Shown piece after piece: positions 1 to 10,324 of a stretch of 64,000 bases of DNA. The DNA is from an uncultured virus (IMG/VR IMGVR_UViG_3300018080_000160). Its lineage: Duplodnaviria > Heunggongvirae > Uroviricota > Caudoviricetes. Position numbers and translations under genes: made by a program. The notes under the pieces are model-generated. The model had not been told where the DNA came from. It was given only the letters and a program-made list of their open reading frames with translations, and did not search any database. Position 1 is the stretch's first letter. Every line of letters begins with the position of its first letter. The stretch is from IMG/VR virus record IMGVR_UViG_3300018080_000160. One strand, given 5' to 3'.

Positions 1-127
1 AAGAAAAAGAAAAAAAGAAAAAAAGAAAGCGAGAAGTAATTTGAAGGCATTACGGATAGGCGGTAAGGTACACTTACACCCTTACATTGCTCTCGTTGAC
101 TTTTGCTCTCCCATACTCTCGAATTTT

Positions 128-532
128 TTATTTTTTTGGACTATATTTTACTTCGACGAAATGAGCGCACTGTTCCCAATTGTCTTGTAGAAAATCCAAA
201 AGATATTCTGCAAGCCTTCTCTTGTATGGCCATCCTCCGTTGGGTCTAAGTTTTACCGTATCGTTGAAAATAATCTTTATGTGGTGAGTTCCGGATGTAT
301 TGCTTGGATGAGCTAGATACTGGTCGTGAACTAAATCAAAGAATTTCTTTTTGTCGATGATTAATTTGCGTTTTTTAGGTGTCTTAGGTTTGCGTGTGGA
401 TTGTTTCCTTGGCTTAGATGACCTCTTTTTTGTCGGGGGTTTCTTAGCCTTCTTCGGGGTTTTCTTTTTCGGTTTTTCTTCCTCTTCTGTGAAGCCAAGG
501 AGAGTATTTTGGAGAGCTTCGAGTTCTTCCAT
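128..532 (-). CDS. hypothetical protein with Lys/Arg-rich N-terminal half
   Basis: 134-aa ORF translationally coupled to the upstream ORF (overlap at 532); KPKKKTPKKAKK tract. Confidence 0.7.
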   Translation of the reverse strand: MEELEALQNTLLGFTEEEEKPKKKTPKKAKKPPTKKRSSKPRKQSTRKPKTPKKRKLIIDKKKFFDLVHDQYLAHPSNTSGTHHIKIIFNDTVKLRPNGGWPYKRRLAEYLLDFLQDNWEQCAHFVEVKYSPKK

Positions 533-894
533 TAGTCAACCACCACCAAGAATTCCTTCATCCGCTTAGCGAGGAGTCCCGCCCCAGCTTTCGCGTCCTT
601 CATTATCAAAGGAACCGCTTCCTTCAATATATTCACCACGTTCTTGTTATGCTTCTCTATTTTCTTCCGAATTTCAAGCATTTCTAGCTCGAACTTTGTC
701 GATTTGTTGTTGGCCCTGTCAATAATATCCTGTAACTCTCGGTTCTTCACTCCGCCATTCATTTCTATTTTCATACACTTCTGGAACCAAGCGTTCACAT
801 TCGTATCTAACTTGTTGATGTGTTTGGTGAATTTCTCTTTCTGTTCGATGCTTTTGAATCGGATAGTTCGGGTCAATCCGTTGTATTTTCCCAT
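532..894 (-). CDS. putative ribbon-helix-helix-like DNA-binding protein with coiled-coil C-terminus
   Basis: Likely start MGKYNG at 894 with GGTG SD; TRTIRF beta-strand followed by two helices resembles RHH; flanked by TGTGACACA sites. Confidence 0.5.
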   Translation of the reverse strand: MGKYNGLTRTIRFKSIEQKEKFTKHINKLDTNVNAWFQKCMKIEMNGGVKNRELQDIIDRANNKSTKFELEMLEIRKKIEKHNKNVVNILKEAVPLIMKDAKAGAGLLAKRMKEFLVVVD

Positions 895-912
895 TTTTCG
901 CACCTGATAAAA

Positions 913-954
913 TGTGTCACAAATAAAATAAAAAAGTGTCACATTTGTGACACA
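913..954. promoter_or_regulatory. TGTGTCACA/TGTGACACA motif cluster 1
   Basis: TGTGTCACA at 913 and inverted repeat GTGTCACA-TT-TGTGACAC at 936-953. Confidence 0.7.
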
Positions 955-1118
955 TCTTCCCACAAACTCTTCAAAAACTCTTTAATTAACGATATCTTCT
1001 CAGAATCCTTCTCTTCTGCAAGTCTCTTCTTCCAATAATTCCCAATCTCACACAACCGCTCCGCTATTTCCTCATCAATAAAATCGGAGACTGCTTCCAA
1101 TCGCATTTCGTAAGCCAT
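939..1118 (-). CDS. small acidic hypothetical protein (59 aa, not in ORF track)
   Basis: MAYEMRLEAVSDFIDEEIAERL...WEDVSQM*, preceded by GGTGA. Confidence 0.55.
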   Translation of the reverse strand: MAYEMRLEAVSDFIDEEIAERLCEIGNYWKKRLAEEKDSEKISLIKEFLKSLWEDVSQM

Positions 1119-1123
1119 TTTTT

Positions 1124-1155
1124 TGTGTCACCGTGTAACAACATAGTGTGACACA
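1124..1155. promoter_or_regulatory. TGTGACACA motif cluster 2
   Basis: TGTGTCAC at 1124, GTGTAACA at 1133, TGTGACACA at 1147. Confidence 0.6.
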
Positions 1156-1170
1156 TATTTATGCATTGTG

Positions 1171-1803
1171 TTACGAGATCAATTTCTCTTTACCACGTTT
1201 CTGGAGTTTCTCGTCCATCTTCGAGTACCGATCTCGTTTCCCCTTGGCCTTTTCTATCGCGTTAGCAAATTTCTCTTTGAATCCAGCCTCTCTCTCAATA
1301 TAATGCAATTCAATTTTTTTATCAATTACTTTGAGGATATTGCGTATTTCCGCTTTCAACTCTTTCTGTGCCTTCTTTGGGATTTTCAATTTAATTGAAG
1401 TAGATTTTGGGCAATTATCGCTCTTTAAACCGAGAATCGAACGCAGCTCCTTCATAGCTCCTCGCATCTTAGAATCCACGGAATCAATGCTGAGAACCTT
1501 ATTCACCAACTGGTCAACGTTCATCGAATCTAATAGATTTAGAATGATGTTCAACGCCTGTAAGAAGCGTTCTTTACCGTAAATCTTCTGTAATTTCTTG
1601 ATAGTTCGTGCATCGACAAACCGCAATTTCCCATACGCTATAAGCCCTAAAATCGTAGCAACCCATCCAAGGTTGCTTTTTATTGAATCTGCTTGTGCTA
1701 TCACCCATCTAACTATGGCCCAGAAGTCGAATACGAAGAAAAGTAGGTATAGAACGAGGAATGAGAAGAAAAAAATTAACGGAATTGAGTAGCGACGTTT
1801 CAC
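1171..1803 (-). CDS. membrane protein (2 N-terminal TM segments), possible lysis module
   Basis: Hydrophobic segments PLIFFFSFLVLYLLFFVF and LGWVATILGLIAY; end of tail operon. Confidence 0.65.
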   Translation of the reverse strand: MKRRYSIPLIFFFSFLVLYLLFFVFDFWAIVRWVIAQADSIKSNLGWVATILGLIAYGKLRFVDARTIKKLQKIYGKERFLQALNIILNLLDSMNVDQLVNKVLSIDSVDSKMRGAMKELRSILGLKSDNCPKSTSIKLKIPKKAQKELKAEIRNILKVIDKKIELHYIEREAGFKEKFANAIEKAKGKRDRYSKMDEKLQKRGKEKLIS

Positions 1804-1806
1804 GAG

Positions 1807-2262
1807 TTATAATACACCCAAGCCCCATAAAAGGATTACCATGAGGGCCATTCCGATGAAGAACCCAGCGATAGCCCAGTAAGAGGCAGCCTTAGCTTTC
1901 TCTTTGATGAGCTGGCTGTAAGTCATGGTGACGGTCTGGTTTAAGTCGATTCCTTTCATTCGAGTCACAAACTCTTCGGCTTTCGTTAACGCGCCAGCTA
2001 CATCATCATCGAGGGATTTGAGTTTATTGACGATCTCTTTTGGGATTTGTAGTTTCTCGGAGATGTAGCTCATACTCTTGTCCCAGATGTCTTTTGAGAC
2101 TGTCTCTTTTAACTCCTTTATTTTATCGCCGATTTTGCCTTCCACTTTGCCTTCTACGATATCTAATGTAGATTTAACGACAAACGGGCCGAGAATATCG
2201 ACGATCTTCTTCTCATCTAACCCTTCCAATACACTCTTGATTTCTTCCGTTGATGGCATCAT
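1807..2262 (-). CDS. C-terminally anchored membrane protein, possible lysis module
   Basis: Helical body plus terminal TM YWAIAGFFIGMALMVILLWGLGVL. Confidence 0.65.
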   Translation of the reverse strand: MMPSTEEIKSVLEGLDEKKIVDILGPFVVKSTLDIVEGKVEGKIGDKIKELKETVSKDIWDKSMSYISEKLQIPKEIVNKLKSLDDDVAGALTKAEEFVTRMKGIDLNQTVTMTYSQLIKEKAKAASYWAIAGFFIGMALMVILLWGLGVL

Positions 2263-2834
2263 TCATCTGCTCCTTTTTTAGCTGCGTTCATGCTTTCTCT
2301 CGAATCTGCTCTTGCTTTGGCCAGTATCTCCTTTTGTTCTTGTTGCATCTGCTCCTTCGTCACACCAGTTAATGTTGCGATGTTCTTCTGGTAATTCGTG
2401 ACGATGATCGAGAGAGTCGTGATAACCGCATTAATAACCATACCAACAAGATAGGCAAGATCCCCACCGAACGCACCGTATTTTGCTATGAGATAATCGT
2501 GTACCGCGAAGCTGAGAATTGTCCCGGTTGTAGATCCGAGAGTAATCCAAATAACCATTATCTTGATGTAGGTACTCGCGTGAATTCGTTTTGATGCTTT
2601 CCTAACACGCTTTCGGTTTTCTTTCTCAATCTTGTTGATGGTAGAGTCAATCCGATTTACTTTCTCGTTCCACGCCGCGTAAGCCGCGTCGTCATCTATT
2701 GGTATATCCTCGTAAAGCACAATCTTTTTTTCCTGCTGCTTGATGATGGCTTTGTTGAAGGCGTCTTGAACTTTTTTCTCGACTTCGCGTTGTTGGTCTT
2801 CAACGGAAGTCACTGGCTCTTCAGATTCAGACAT
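2259..2834 (-). CDS. 2-TM membrane protein, holin-like position
   Basis: Two hydrophobic segments flanked by coiled coils; downstream of tail fibre genes. Confidence 0.6.
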   Translation of the reverse strand: MSESEEPVTSVEDQQREVEKKVQDAFNKAIIKQQEKKIVLYEDIPIDDDAAYAAWNEKVNRIDSTINKIEKENRKRVRKASKRIHASTYIKIMVIWITLGSTTGTILSFAVHDYLIAKYGAFGGDLAYLVGMVINAVITTLSIIVTNYQKNIATLTGVTKEQMQQEQKEILAKARADSRESMNAAKKGADE

Positions 2835-2835
2835 C

Positions 2836-3075
2836 TTAACTACCCTCCAGAGCAGTCACTCTATCTTTCAAATCTTGCACTTCATCTTCTAAATCTGCTA
2901 TCCGACTTAGCAAAGTTACTGGCCACTCTCTATCAACTTCATCCGCATCCCACTCTTCAGAACAGTGAGTGCATGTATATTTCGTGATTTTACTTGCTTC
3001 TGGTTGCGTGGCATTCCAAGTTTCTGATAGCAGATGCCCACATTGTTTGCAATATAATCCCATTTTTTCATTCAC
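2836..3075 (-). CDS. small Zn-ribbon plus coiled-coil protein
   Basis: CKQC...CTHC and C-terminal heptads LEDEVQDLKDRVTALEG. Confidence 0.65.
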   Translation of the reverse strand: MNEKMGLYCKQCGHLLSETWNATQPEASKITKYTCTHCSEEWDADEVDREWPVTLLSRIADLEDEVQDLKDRVTALEGS

Positions 3076-3078
3076 TCC

Positions 3079-3567
3079 TTAAAATTCTAACCATCCATCC
3101 CAATCATTATAGACGATAGCCCAGCAATCACTATAACCTTGACGTATCGTTAGCGTGTTGGATTGACCGATTCCCATCCACGCTAATACAACAGCATCAT
3201 AAACGTAAGAGAATCGACCCGCATCTTCTGACATACTCATTGCGTTTGTTGCAAGCGCACCGTTCAGAAATAACGTGCTACATCCGCTGTTGGGGTTAAT
3301 GAGCGCGTCATCTTTAGAAGCTCTGTCAACAAGAACTGCTTTAACTCCTCCTGTTACTCCTCTCCAGTCCCAGACGTGATAGCCGAGGTTAATACAGTCG
3401 GTAATAAAGCTTTCAAGCGTTGACGAGTTCCCAACATTTTGTACGATTAGTAATGCGTAGTCCTCGCCTTTCCACTCCTCCGCACTGAGCTCACCACCAG
3501 TAGAGAGCTCCATTGAAGTGTGGCCATCTGGGTTTACCCACTCGAATCCTACTGCCATTCCTATCAC
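3079..3567 (-). CDS. hypothetical protein, tail-fibre associated
   Basis: 162-aa ORF overlapping the fibre stop codon. Confidence 0.65.
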   Translation of the reverse strand: MIGMAVGFEWVNPDGHTSMELSTGGELSAEEWKGEDYALLIVQNVGNSSTLESFITDCINLGYHVWDWRGVTGGVKAVLVDRASKDDALINPNSGCSTLFLNGALATNAMSMSEDAGRFSYVYDAVVLAWMGIGQSNTLTIRQGYSDCWAIVYNDWDGWLEF

Positions 3568-6500
3568 GAATTTATCTTGAATGTCATTCTATTGCGGCTC
3601 GTTTCCACTTTCCCTCGCGTTGCATCTACTTGTATAGCAATTGAAGCAAGATCACTTGCCAATTGCGCCACGACCAATCCATCGTTTCTGTAGCCAATAT
3701 ACCCGGCTGATGTAGCGTAGTAGACCGTTGCACTGTCCGTTTTAATCACGCCATAATAATCGTTCGGGTAACCGGGAAGCGCACCTTTATTTTTGAACAA
3801 TCCAATGTATGTTCCTTGGTTGCTGTGGCTTTGAGCTTGGATGTATCCTCCTCGATTCGATGTCGAGTCACCTGCATAACCGATAAATGCGATTGGTTGT
3901 GTAGTCTTCGCTCCATAATAGATTGGAAGCGTTGTCGCGTTAATTCCAATTGAAGCTAGGTACAACAACGCTTTATTAGCTGCGTTTTGATCTCCTGTCC
4001 AGTGTGCGCTTGCATTATTCATGTGTGCGAAAGCCCACGCAGATTGTGGAGCAGTGTCCGTCACATTTGTTGGAGGGTTCTCCAGCGAAGATTCCTTCAA
4101 GTACCCGGTGTGCGGATCTGCAGCACCAGCGTGAGATGAAATTAACGCATCTATGGCTGCATCTATTGATTCACCATCAGCAAGCTCTGCTGTGATTATT
4201 GCTTCGGTTGCACTCGTGAAATCTGTAATCGCAGCAGTCGTGTGCGTGTGTACCAATTGAGCATAAATTAAATCTGCTGCCACTTCTGTTAAACGGGTTG
4301 CCTCTAAATCTGTCAACCGAGATTCGATTGCCGAGTGTAAGTTCACCATTTCCGTGTGTTCGGGAGAGAACCCACTAATTATTTCGTCAAGCATGTCCTT
4401 GTCAGGAGCTGGGAAGTAATAACCACGGTAGTACCGAACGTCACTCAACTTCCCGCGAACGCCCCAGCTCAAGTCGCTTTGCACGTACCCAATCGTAGAA
4501 CTATTAACTCCAAGGTTGATTGCACCGCCAATATTCACGGTATCGACCAAAACTCCGTTCACATAACAATCCACGTCGTACGTGGTGTTATCGCAGCGAA
4601 TGTAGATGTGATACCACTCCCCAACCTCGAACGTGTACGGCACGTCCGAACCACTACCATTCGTGTGAATAACTCGTAACGATGTAGATCCAGCACCACC
4701 AACAATACCAATACCAAAACTCTCTCGCGCCCCCGAACCGACTCCCCCCATGACAAGTAACGCTTGGTGAGCGTCAGTAAAATCCTGCGGTGACCACCAA
4801 CACATCACACCTAATGACGTCAACCCGGAAGTCGAGTCAGCAGATAATCCAGTGCAGCTAAACCGATCTCCTTCATCGGCAGATGCACACGAAGAGTACC
4901 GTTTGTGACCCACTTTAGAGAACGAGTAATTACCAATAGGCGATCCCGGTAACGAACCATCCATGCTATAAGAGAAAGCTGGAGCAGGTCTCAGATAAGT
5001 GATGTTCTCCATGAGAACATTCGATACAGGCCCCGGAATTAAGTAGAATACGATATTTTTAACATTACTTGGATCTGCAGTGTTTGATCGTTTAATCTGA
5101 ATCTCAATCGTGCTACCAGCTTCAACGGGCCACGCATCCACCCTATCTAACCACCCCGTTCCTGCTGGCGTACTAATATTATAACTACGGGGAGTATCCT
5201 CGCCATCTATGACCATCTTCGTGGAACCACCGTGGTACGAGGGGCACGAGTGTTGCCAATTTGCGACAATTACACCTTGGCAAGGGGCAGCTTCAGCAGT
5301 AAATGCAGTAACCCACGCGATACTTCCAGAACCAACTTCTATTACCTCTTCCGGAACACTTCTATCGTGTTCTCCGTACTTGGAAGAACTAAAATCGACA
5401 TAATCTTTATTCGTAGCATCTCCGGGGTCAGTCGGAGCAGCGAGATTAGTAATCTTGTTACCGCCAGCGTTTAAATTCGCTCCTAAGTTGTCGATTTCTG
5501 CAGTCGTCGCAACAATTGTTTCGATAAATGCTTTCTTCCATGCATACCCATAGTTCGTTGGATCTGTACCAAGATGGGCATTAGCGTTATTCGGATTCAA
5601 AATCTTTGTCCGATATAATCCTTCGATAGTCTGCAGCATTTGTTGGTAGCGTATTTCCATCTGTGTGCGTAGTGAAACAGATATGAGGTCGTACTCGACA
5701 TCCACACTTAGATTTGCGTCAGGAGTTGCTTCGTGGTCTCCCAAAGCAAATCTAAATGTTTGAGAGCCATACTCCAAAGTCGGTAACGCTATTGTGCTAT
5801 AAAATTCAGCACGGAAAGCAATTGAAGTAACAGAAGCGGTTCCTCCGCCAATTCCTTGTAATCTAACTGTGAACAAGTCGTGGCAGACCATTTGATCTAC
5901 GAGATCGAATTCGAGCTCTACACCAGTAACCGGACTGTCGGTAATGGAATCTCTCCCGTTCGAGACGGTCACTTCCAAATCGGTTAGATTTGAGCCTTCG
6001 ACTGTCACATATAATCGAAGAATTTTTCCGGGCAAGAAGATAGGCCAATCTGCATAATCTGTTCCAAAAGCGATTGGGCCGCCATCTGGAGGAGCAGAAA
6101 CAGTGTAGTTGGCACAATCGTATAGGAACTTGTTCTCGTTAGCCAGATCGTCCTTGTATTGGAATTCCGAGATGTCCGGGCGGAGGATGTACCACGCATA
6201 AGAGTCCGCGTGTGCGCCATCACCGTAGAACCCGTGCGTAAGAGGTCTCGGAATAAGGTCTCTGACCTCCTTCGTGACTGTATTATAGATTTTGGAATCG
6301 TTACATCGTCTTGCAGAAGTTGGCGTGTCATCTATATGATTGAATCCGATCTTGAACTCCTTGAAGATTGGGTTCCACTTAGTCGTTATACCTGATTGAA
6401 GAGAAGGCTCTCCTCTAACATCCGTTTCCGGATTGAACCCAACACTTGCATCTATCACGAGATCCGTTACATCAGTAACCTCTACTTCAGAATCGCTTTG

Positions 6501-6866
6501 AACCTCCTCGAAAGTGAAGCCAACCCAATACACGTCAGCAGCAGTTGGTTCAGAACCACCGGGACTCCAATCTACATTTAGATTATCGCCATCTACCGAA
6601 ATAAGGTAGTCTGTAGTCTCGGTATAAGGTGCAGATCCATCGTGGTTATCCGAAACCCATGCTACGCTGAAGGAATCTTTCTTCCCGTTTGGGGTTAGGA
6701 GGTCTGTCCCTCCAGATACGGGGCCACGAATCATCCTTCTGACGAAGAAATTATCAGAAAGAATCTTATCTATATTCTCCCGAACCTGTTGAGTTTTATG
6801 GGTCTCTGGAAGGTTCGAAGTAATGTTATTTTTTCTAAGCACGAAATAATCTTCTGTCTCTACCAT
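3564..6866 (-). CDS. tail fibre / receptor-binding protein with LamG/ConA-like domain
   Basis: 1100 aa; trimeric neck-like motif NKITNLAAPTDPGDATNKDYVD; LamG-like GEWYHIYI..D..YVNG..GKLSDVRYY; position after baseplate genes. Confidence 0.8.
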   Translation of the reverse strand: MVETEDYFVLRKNNITSNLPETHKTQQVRENIDKILSDNFFVRRMIRGPVSGGTDLLTPNGKKDSFSVAWVSDNHDGSAPYTETTDYLISVDGDNLNVDWSPGGSEPTAADVYWVGFTFEEVQSDSEVEVTDVTDLVIDASVGFNPETDVRGEPSLQSGITTKWNPIFKEFKIGFNHIDDTPTSARRCNDSKIYNTVTKEVRDLIPRPLTHGFYGDGAHADSYAWYILRPDISEFQYKDDLANENKFLYDCANYTVSAPPDGGPIAFGTDYADWPIFLPGKILRLYVTVEGSNLTDLEVTVSNGRDSITDSPVTGVELEFDLVDQMVCHDLFTVRLQGIGGGTASVTSIAFRAEFYSTIALPTLEYGSQTFRFALGDHEATPDANLSVDVEYDLISVSLRTQMEIRYQQMLQTIEGLYRTKILNPNNANAHLGTDPTNYGYAWKKAFIETIVATTAEIDNLGANLNAGGNKITNLAAPTDPGDATNKDYVDFSSSKYGEHDRSVPEEVIEVGSGSIAWVTAFTAEAAPCQGVIVANWQHSCPSYHGGSTKMVIDGEDTPRSYNISTPAGTGWLDRVDAWPVEAGSTIEIQIKRSNTADPSNVKNIVFYLIPGPVSNVLMENITYLRPAPAFSYSMDGSLPGSPIGNYSFSKVGHKRYSSCASADEGDRFSCTGLSADSTSGLTSLGVMCWWSPQDFTDAHQALLVMGGVGSGARESFGIGIVGGAGSTSLRVIHTNGSGSDVPYTFEVGEWYHIYIRCDNTTYDVDCYVNGVLVDTVNIGGAINLGVNSSTIGYVQSDLSWGVRGKLSDVRYYRGYYFPAPDKDMLDEIISGFSPEHTEMVNLHSAIESRLTDLEATRLTEVAADLIYAQLVHTHTTAAITDFTSATEAIITAELADGESIDAAIDALISSHAGAADPHTGYLKESSLENPPTNVTDTAPQSAWAFAHMNNASAHWTGDQNAANKALLYLASIGINATTLPIYYGAKTTQPIAFIGYAGDSTSNRGGYIQAQSHSNQGTYIGLFKNKGALPGYPNDYYGVIKTDSATVYYATSAGYIGYRNDGLVVAQLASDLASIAIQVDATRGKVETSRNRMTFKINS

Positions 6867-7468
6867 TAGAATATCGCCTCGTAGACGACCACTTCAGTCT
6901 GACCAGCAGTCTTCACAACGGACGGAACGAACAACGCTCGATGCAACATAGAATACGGGTACTGCAGAGGGTCGTTTTGTGGATTAAACTCTGGGGGATC
7001 TTCTTGAAGAAATAATCCAGCTTCTCCAAGAGTTCCGCTATCACCAGATGCAATCGTAGCTTCCCACTTACAATGAGAAGCTACGTCTCTCTCAGCAACG
7101 GTTATGGCATACGCACCTCCAACCCACGGAGATTCAAGTTTCCAGTCATCTATCGTTGGCGGGGTAGTACCATCTCCGATATGGATATACGTCGGATAAA
7201 GGTTGCCACTATAATGACTAACATCATTCACCATCAAACTGGCGTGGAGCTCTCGACCAGTTTCAACCATCAAATTAAATGCTGGCGGCGTTTTCCCGAG
7301 TATTAGATGCCTTCCGGTCTTCAAGAAAACGATCTTGTCAATCTTATCAATAGAAATTCCTTTCTGGTGGTAATACTTACCAATCTTCTCGTAAAGTTCT
7401 GTATCTACGTGGATAAGCGTGAACCAACCACGGAATTTGTCGAATTCTGCTTTACATGATTCAATCAT
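6866..7468 (-). CDS. baseplate/tail-fibre attachment (tail-collar-like) protein
   Basis: IGDGTTPP..D..LE and TLGEAGLF motifs typical of myovirus fibre N-terminal attachment domains. Confidence 0.6.
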   Translation of the reverse strand: MIESCKAEFDKFRGWFTLIHVDTELYEKIGKYYHQKGISIDKIDKIVFLKTGRHLILGKTPPAFNLMVETGRELHASLMVNDVSHYSGNLYPTYIHIGDGTTPPTIDDWKLESPWVGGAYAITVAERDVASHCKWEATIASGDSGTLGEAGLFLQEDPPEFNPQNDPLQYPYSMLHRALFVPSVVKTAGQTEVVVYEAIF

Positions 7469-7490
7469 ACGTAATTCATTCTCCTTTCTC

Positions 7491-8471
7491 TTATAATAAC
7501 TTCATCCTAATTTCGTTTGGATCTGCAGTAGCTGGGGTGTATGACCATACTACATCAAGTGGAGTTTCCCATGCACCGCCACCATCCCACATCGGTGTAT
7601 ATCCTTCCCTATCCCCGTCAATGTGACTATCCCATTGACTATGCCAATCGTATCTGCCCAGAAGATACCTCAAAGCATCGAAAATATACACCCAGCTCTC
7701 TGGAGACCAAGTTTCATCCTCTATAATAGAGAAAAACCACTCTACTCCAATCACATTCGTTGCAATAGGCTTTATGCGGTTCATTAACCACTCGTAGTTC
7801 GGGAAGTCTTCAAATGCCCAAATAGCATCTAACGCAAGCGGTTTCGGTAAACGTACGCTCCATTCCATCGGGTCATCGTCACGAATATAGATTGTATCTG
7901 GATCTGTAGAACCAGTGAACAACTTAATGACATTCAGAATGTTTTCCTGAGTTGGCTGTATCTTAAAGTTTAACGCCTTTACAAGTGCGCGTTTACCTTC
8001 CTCGTTTAGATTTAGCCCCTCAAATCGGTTTGCGACTTGGTACAGTTGGCGATTGACGAGTATAGACACATCTTTGAAGAGATCGATTGATGCGCGGATT
8101 AATTCTCTGTTCACTTTGATCTTGTCTTGTTCGACTGCGACAGCACCCATCAACTTGGCAATACTACCCTCAAGACCGAGTATTTCAATTACATATCCAT
8201 CTTCTGCGCCAGTAACGACACTATCTCCTAAAGATTTAATCCAAGGTCTATTACCGTTAGCCTCATCTATCGAACATCCTTTTGGAGTCCACGGAGGAAT
8301 TTCAAATCTAAGAGTGACTGGGTTATCGTCTTTATCAATTACATCTTGAAGTAGAACAACCTCATTCTCTTCGTTGTCCTTGAGCGTATCTATAATAATT
8401 GGTTGGGGAGTTTCTGCGATAGAATCTGTCTCTTTATTCGTTACACTGAGACTTCCTCCACTTTCTATCAC
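7491..8471 (-). CDS. baseplate wedge protein (P2 gpI-like position)
   Basis: Follows baseplate J; T.ENI..VIK.FTG and LMNRIKP.A-like motifs. Confidence 0.55.
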   Translation of the reverse strand: MIESGGSLSVTNKETDSIAETPQPIIIDTLKDNEENEVVLLQDVIDKDDNPVTLRFEIPPWTPKGCSIDEANGNRPWIKSLGDSVVTGAEDGYVIEILGLEGSIAKLMGAVAVEQDKIKVNRELIRASIDLFKDVSILVNRQLYQVANRFEGLNLNEEGKRALVKALNFKIQPTQENILNVIKLFTGSTDPDTIYIRDDDPMEWSVRLPKPLALDAIWAFEDFPNYEWLMNRIKPIATNVIGVEWFFSIIEDETWSPESWVYIFDALRYLLGRYDWHSQWDSHIDGDREGYTPMWDGGGAWETPLDVVWSYTPATADPNEIRMKLL

Positions 8472-8539
8472 CAGTTCTCTTACCTCTCTTATTGTGCTAT
8501 CGGAGTAGGCAAAAACATTTAATCTTTTAATTATATTTC

Positions 8540-10324
8540 TTACAGTGATGACAAACTCACCCCAGTCAGTTTTGCGATTTCCTTATCTTGCATTAAGATG
8601 TCAGCATCGACCTCCAGTTTCAGAAAATAGAAATCTGTCTCATCTGGTTTGTTACCACTCACAGACCAGTCTATTTGCCACGGAACTCCGGTACTGATTG
8701 TGTAGTCACTATACTCAGTTCCTCCACCATCTTCGTCAGAGTTTACATATACAGTTGTAATTAACTCCCCGTGTTCTAATGGTAGATCATCTACATTCAC
8801 TCCCTCACCGCGTTGGACGCGCAGAATGACAGAGAACTTGAAATTCTGTAATCTTAAGACGTCATCTTGTGATGTAATGATTGCAGAAGCTCGCTCACGA
8901 TATACATCCTCGGTAATACCGAGGGCATTGAAGTAAGCAGCTTCATCGTCGAGAACACTATCTTCAACCTCGCTAAGCGTAGCACCAGTCTGAAGCGTTA
9001 CATCACCTATAACTTCGATTAATACTTCGTAGGCGAGAGTAAGAGCGTGAACCAATTGCACGTAATATTTATCGTCTTCTGAAGGTTCGGACGTACCACC
9101 ACCAGCCGGAGACCAGTTAATAGTATCAGTTTCGGTCTGGTAGGGCAGATAATCAACTCCCGGTTCGTATGGGTCAAATCCATCTTCTCTATCAGAGATA
9201 AACCCAACCCCGTACACGTTGTTGTATGGAGTATCAAGCGGAAATATGTCTTCCCCGTTCACAGTACCTTTAATTATCTCTAAGATGTGGCACGGTGCAG
9301 CACCAACCATCTTAAAATTCAATAGATCGGTAAGAATTCGGTTATATGTCTCTTGTTCTACTGGTGTACGCTCAAATGCAACGACAGGTTCGAACCAACC
9401 AAGATGCTCGATAACCTTTGCACCACGGACTTCCGGTTTATTACGAAGGAAGGATTCCACAGCAAGTTTATTGACCGAAGGGAATGGTGCTTTTAATATT
9501 CTACCAATACACTGTAAATCTGTCTCTCTATCTGACCCATTTGTAATTGCGATGTCGTTTGTCACGGAAGAGATACCAGAAATAGGAGTACCGAGGTGGT
9601 AAATCTCATTCGTGTTGACATTACCATTACTTCCGGGTGTAGTGCAAGTTACAGGAATACGGGCAGAATACCCGGTAAATTTAACGTAGTAAACATCTCC
9701 TTCCGACGGTTCAGTTCCTCCGATACCCCACTCGATTGCGTCGTCTCCAGAGACATAAGTAACGAAATCTACCCCTTCAGTGTAAGGATTGTTCCCGTTT
9801 GCTTGTTCGGCTACCCAATCTATCCCAATAGCATCAAAGAACTTGTCTGCATCTTGCTGATAGGATAACAAGTCAGTAGAACCACCACCACGAGTAAATT
9901 GAATAACTTCACTCATTATTACCGCTTCATCAGTGGTATATTCAATATAGTACGCTCCACCTTTGTTATTATCAATACTCGTACTTGATGGGATAGTTAC
10001 AGAATCCGAAACATTTTTGACGAATACGAGAGTCCCACTTGCTGCAAGTTGCTCGGTTCTCCATAGTCCGCGCAAGTTCATGTGTAAATCTACAAGAAGT
10101 CCTTTCGAGAACTGGGGAAATTGTGAATTGAATACTTCATTCTGGAGAGTCCACTCTTGGTAAATCTCCTCGGAAATGGCCTCGGTGAATTTCACAATTG
10201 GATTCATTCCAGTTAGATCCACGTCCGTACCGAAGTAATCCTTGAGTCGTTCGATGACATCGTTTCGGATAGTGGCCAAAGGCTTTATCGTGAACAGTCC
10301 ATTACTCCCAATACCGTAACTCAT
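8540..10324 (-). CDS. baseplate J-like wedge protein with inserted repeated domains
   Basis: AASGTLVF, VTCTTPGSNGNV, GISSVTN..GSDRETD motifs. Confidence 0.85.
   Translation of the reverse strand: MSYGIGSNGLFTIKPLATIRNDVIERLKDYFGTDVDLTGMNPIVKFTEAISEEIYQEWTLQNEVFNSQFPQFSKGLLVDLHMNLRGLWRTEQLAASGTLVFVKNVSDSVTIPSSTSIDNNKGGAYYIEYTTDEAVIMSEVIQFTRGGGSTDLLSYQQDADKFFDAIGIDWVAEQANGNNPYTEGVDFVTYVSGDDAIEWGIGGTEPSEGDVYYVKFTGYSARIPVTCTTPGSNGNVNTNEIYHLGTPISGISSVTNDIAITNGSDRETDLQCIGRILKAPFPSVNKLAVESFLRNKPEVRGAKVIEHLGWFEPVVAFERTPVEQETYNRILTDLLNFKMVGAAPCHILEIIKGTVNGEDIFPLDTPYNNVYGVGFISDREDGFDPYEPGVDYLPYQTETDTINWSPAGGGTSEPSEDDKYYVQLVHALTLAYEVLIEVIGDVTLQTGATLSEVEDSVLDDEAAYFNALGITEDVYRERASAIITSQDDVLRLQNFKFSVILRVQRGEGVNVDDLPLEHGELITTVYVNSDEDGGGTEYSDYTISTGVPWQIDWSVSGNKPDETDFYFLKLEVDADILMQDKEIAKLTGVSLSSL

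Noticed and set aside
3564..6866. Diversity-generating retroelement target in the tail fibre
   Set aside because: No reverse transcriptase and no template/variable repeat pair seen in the window.
8472..8542. Readthrough from baseplate J into the next ORF
   Set aside because: The 68-nt gap is out of frame, has an in-frame stop two codons after the J stop, and the next ORF has its own SD.
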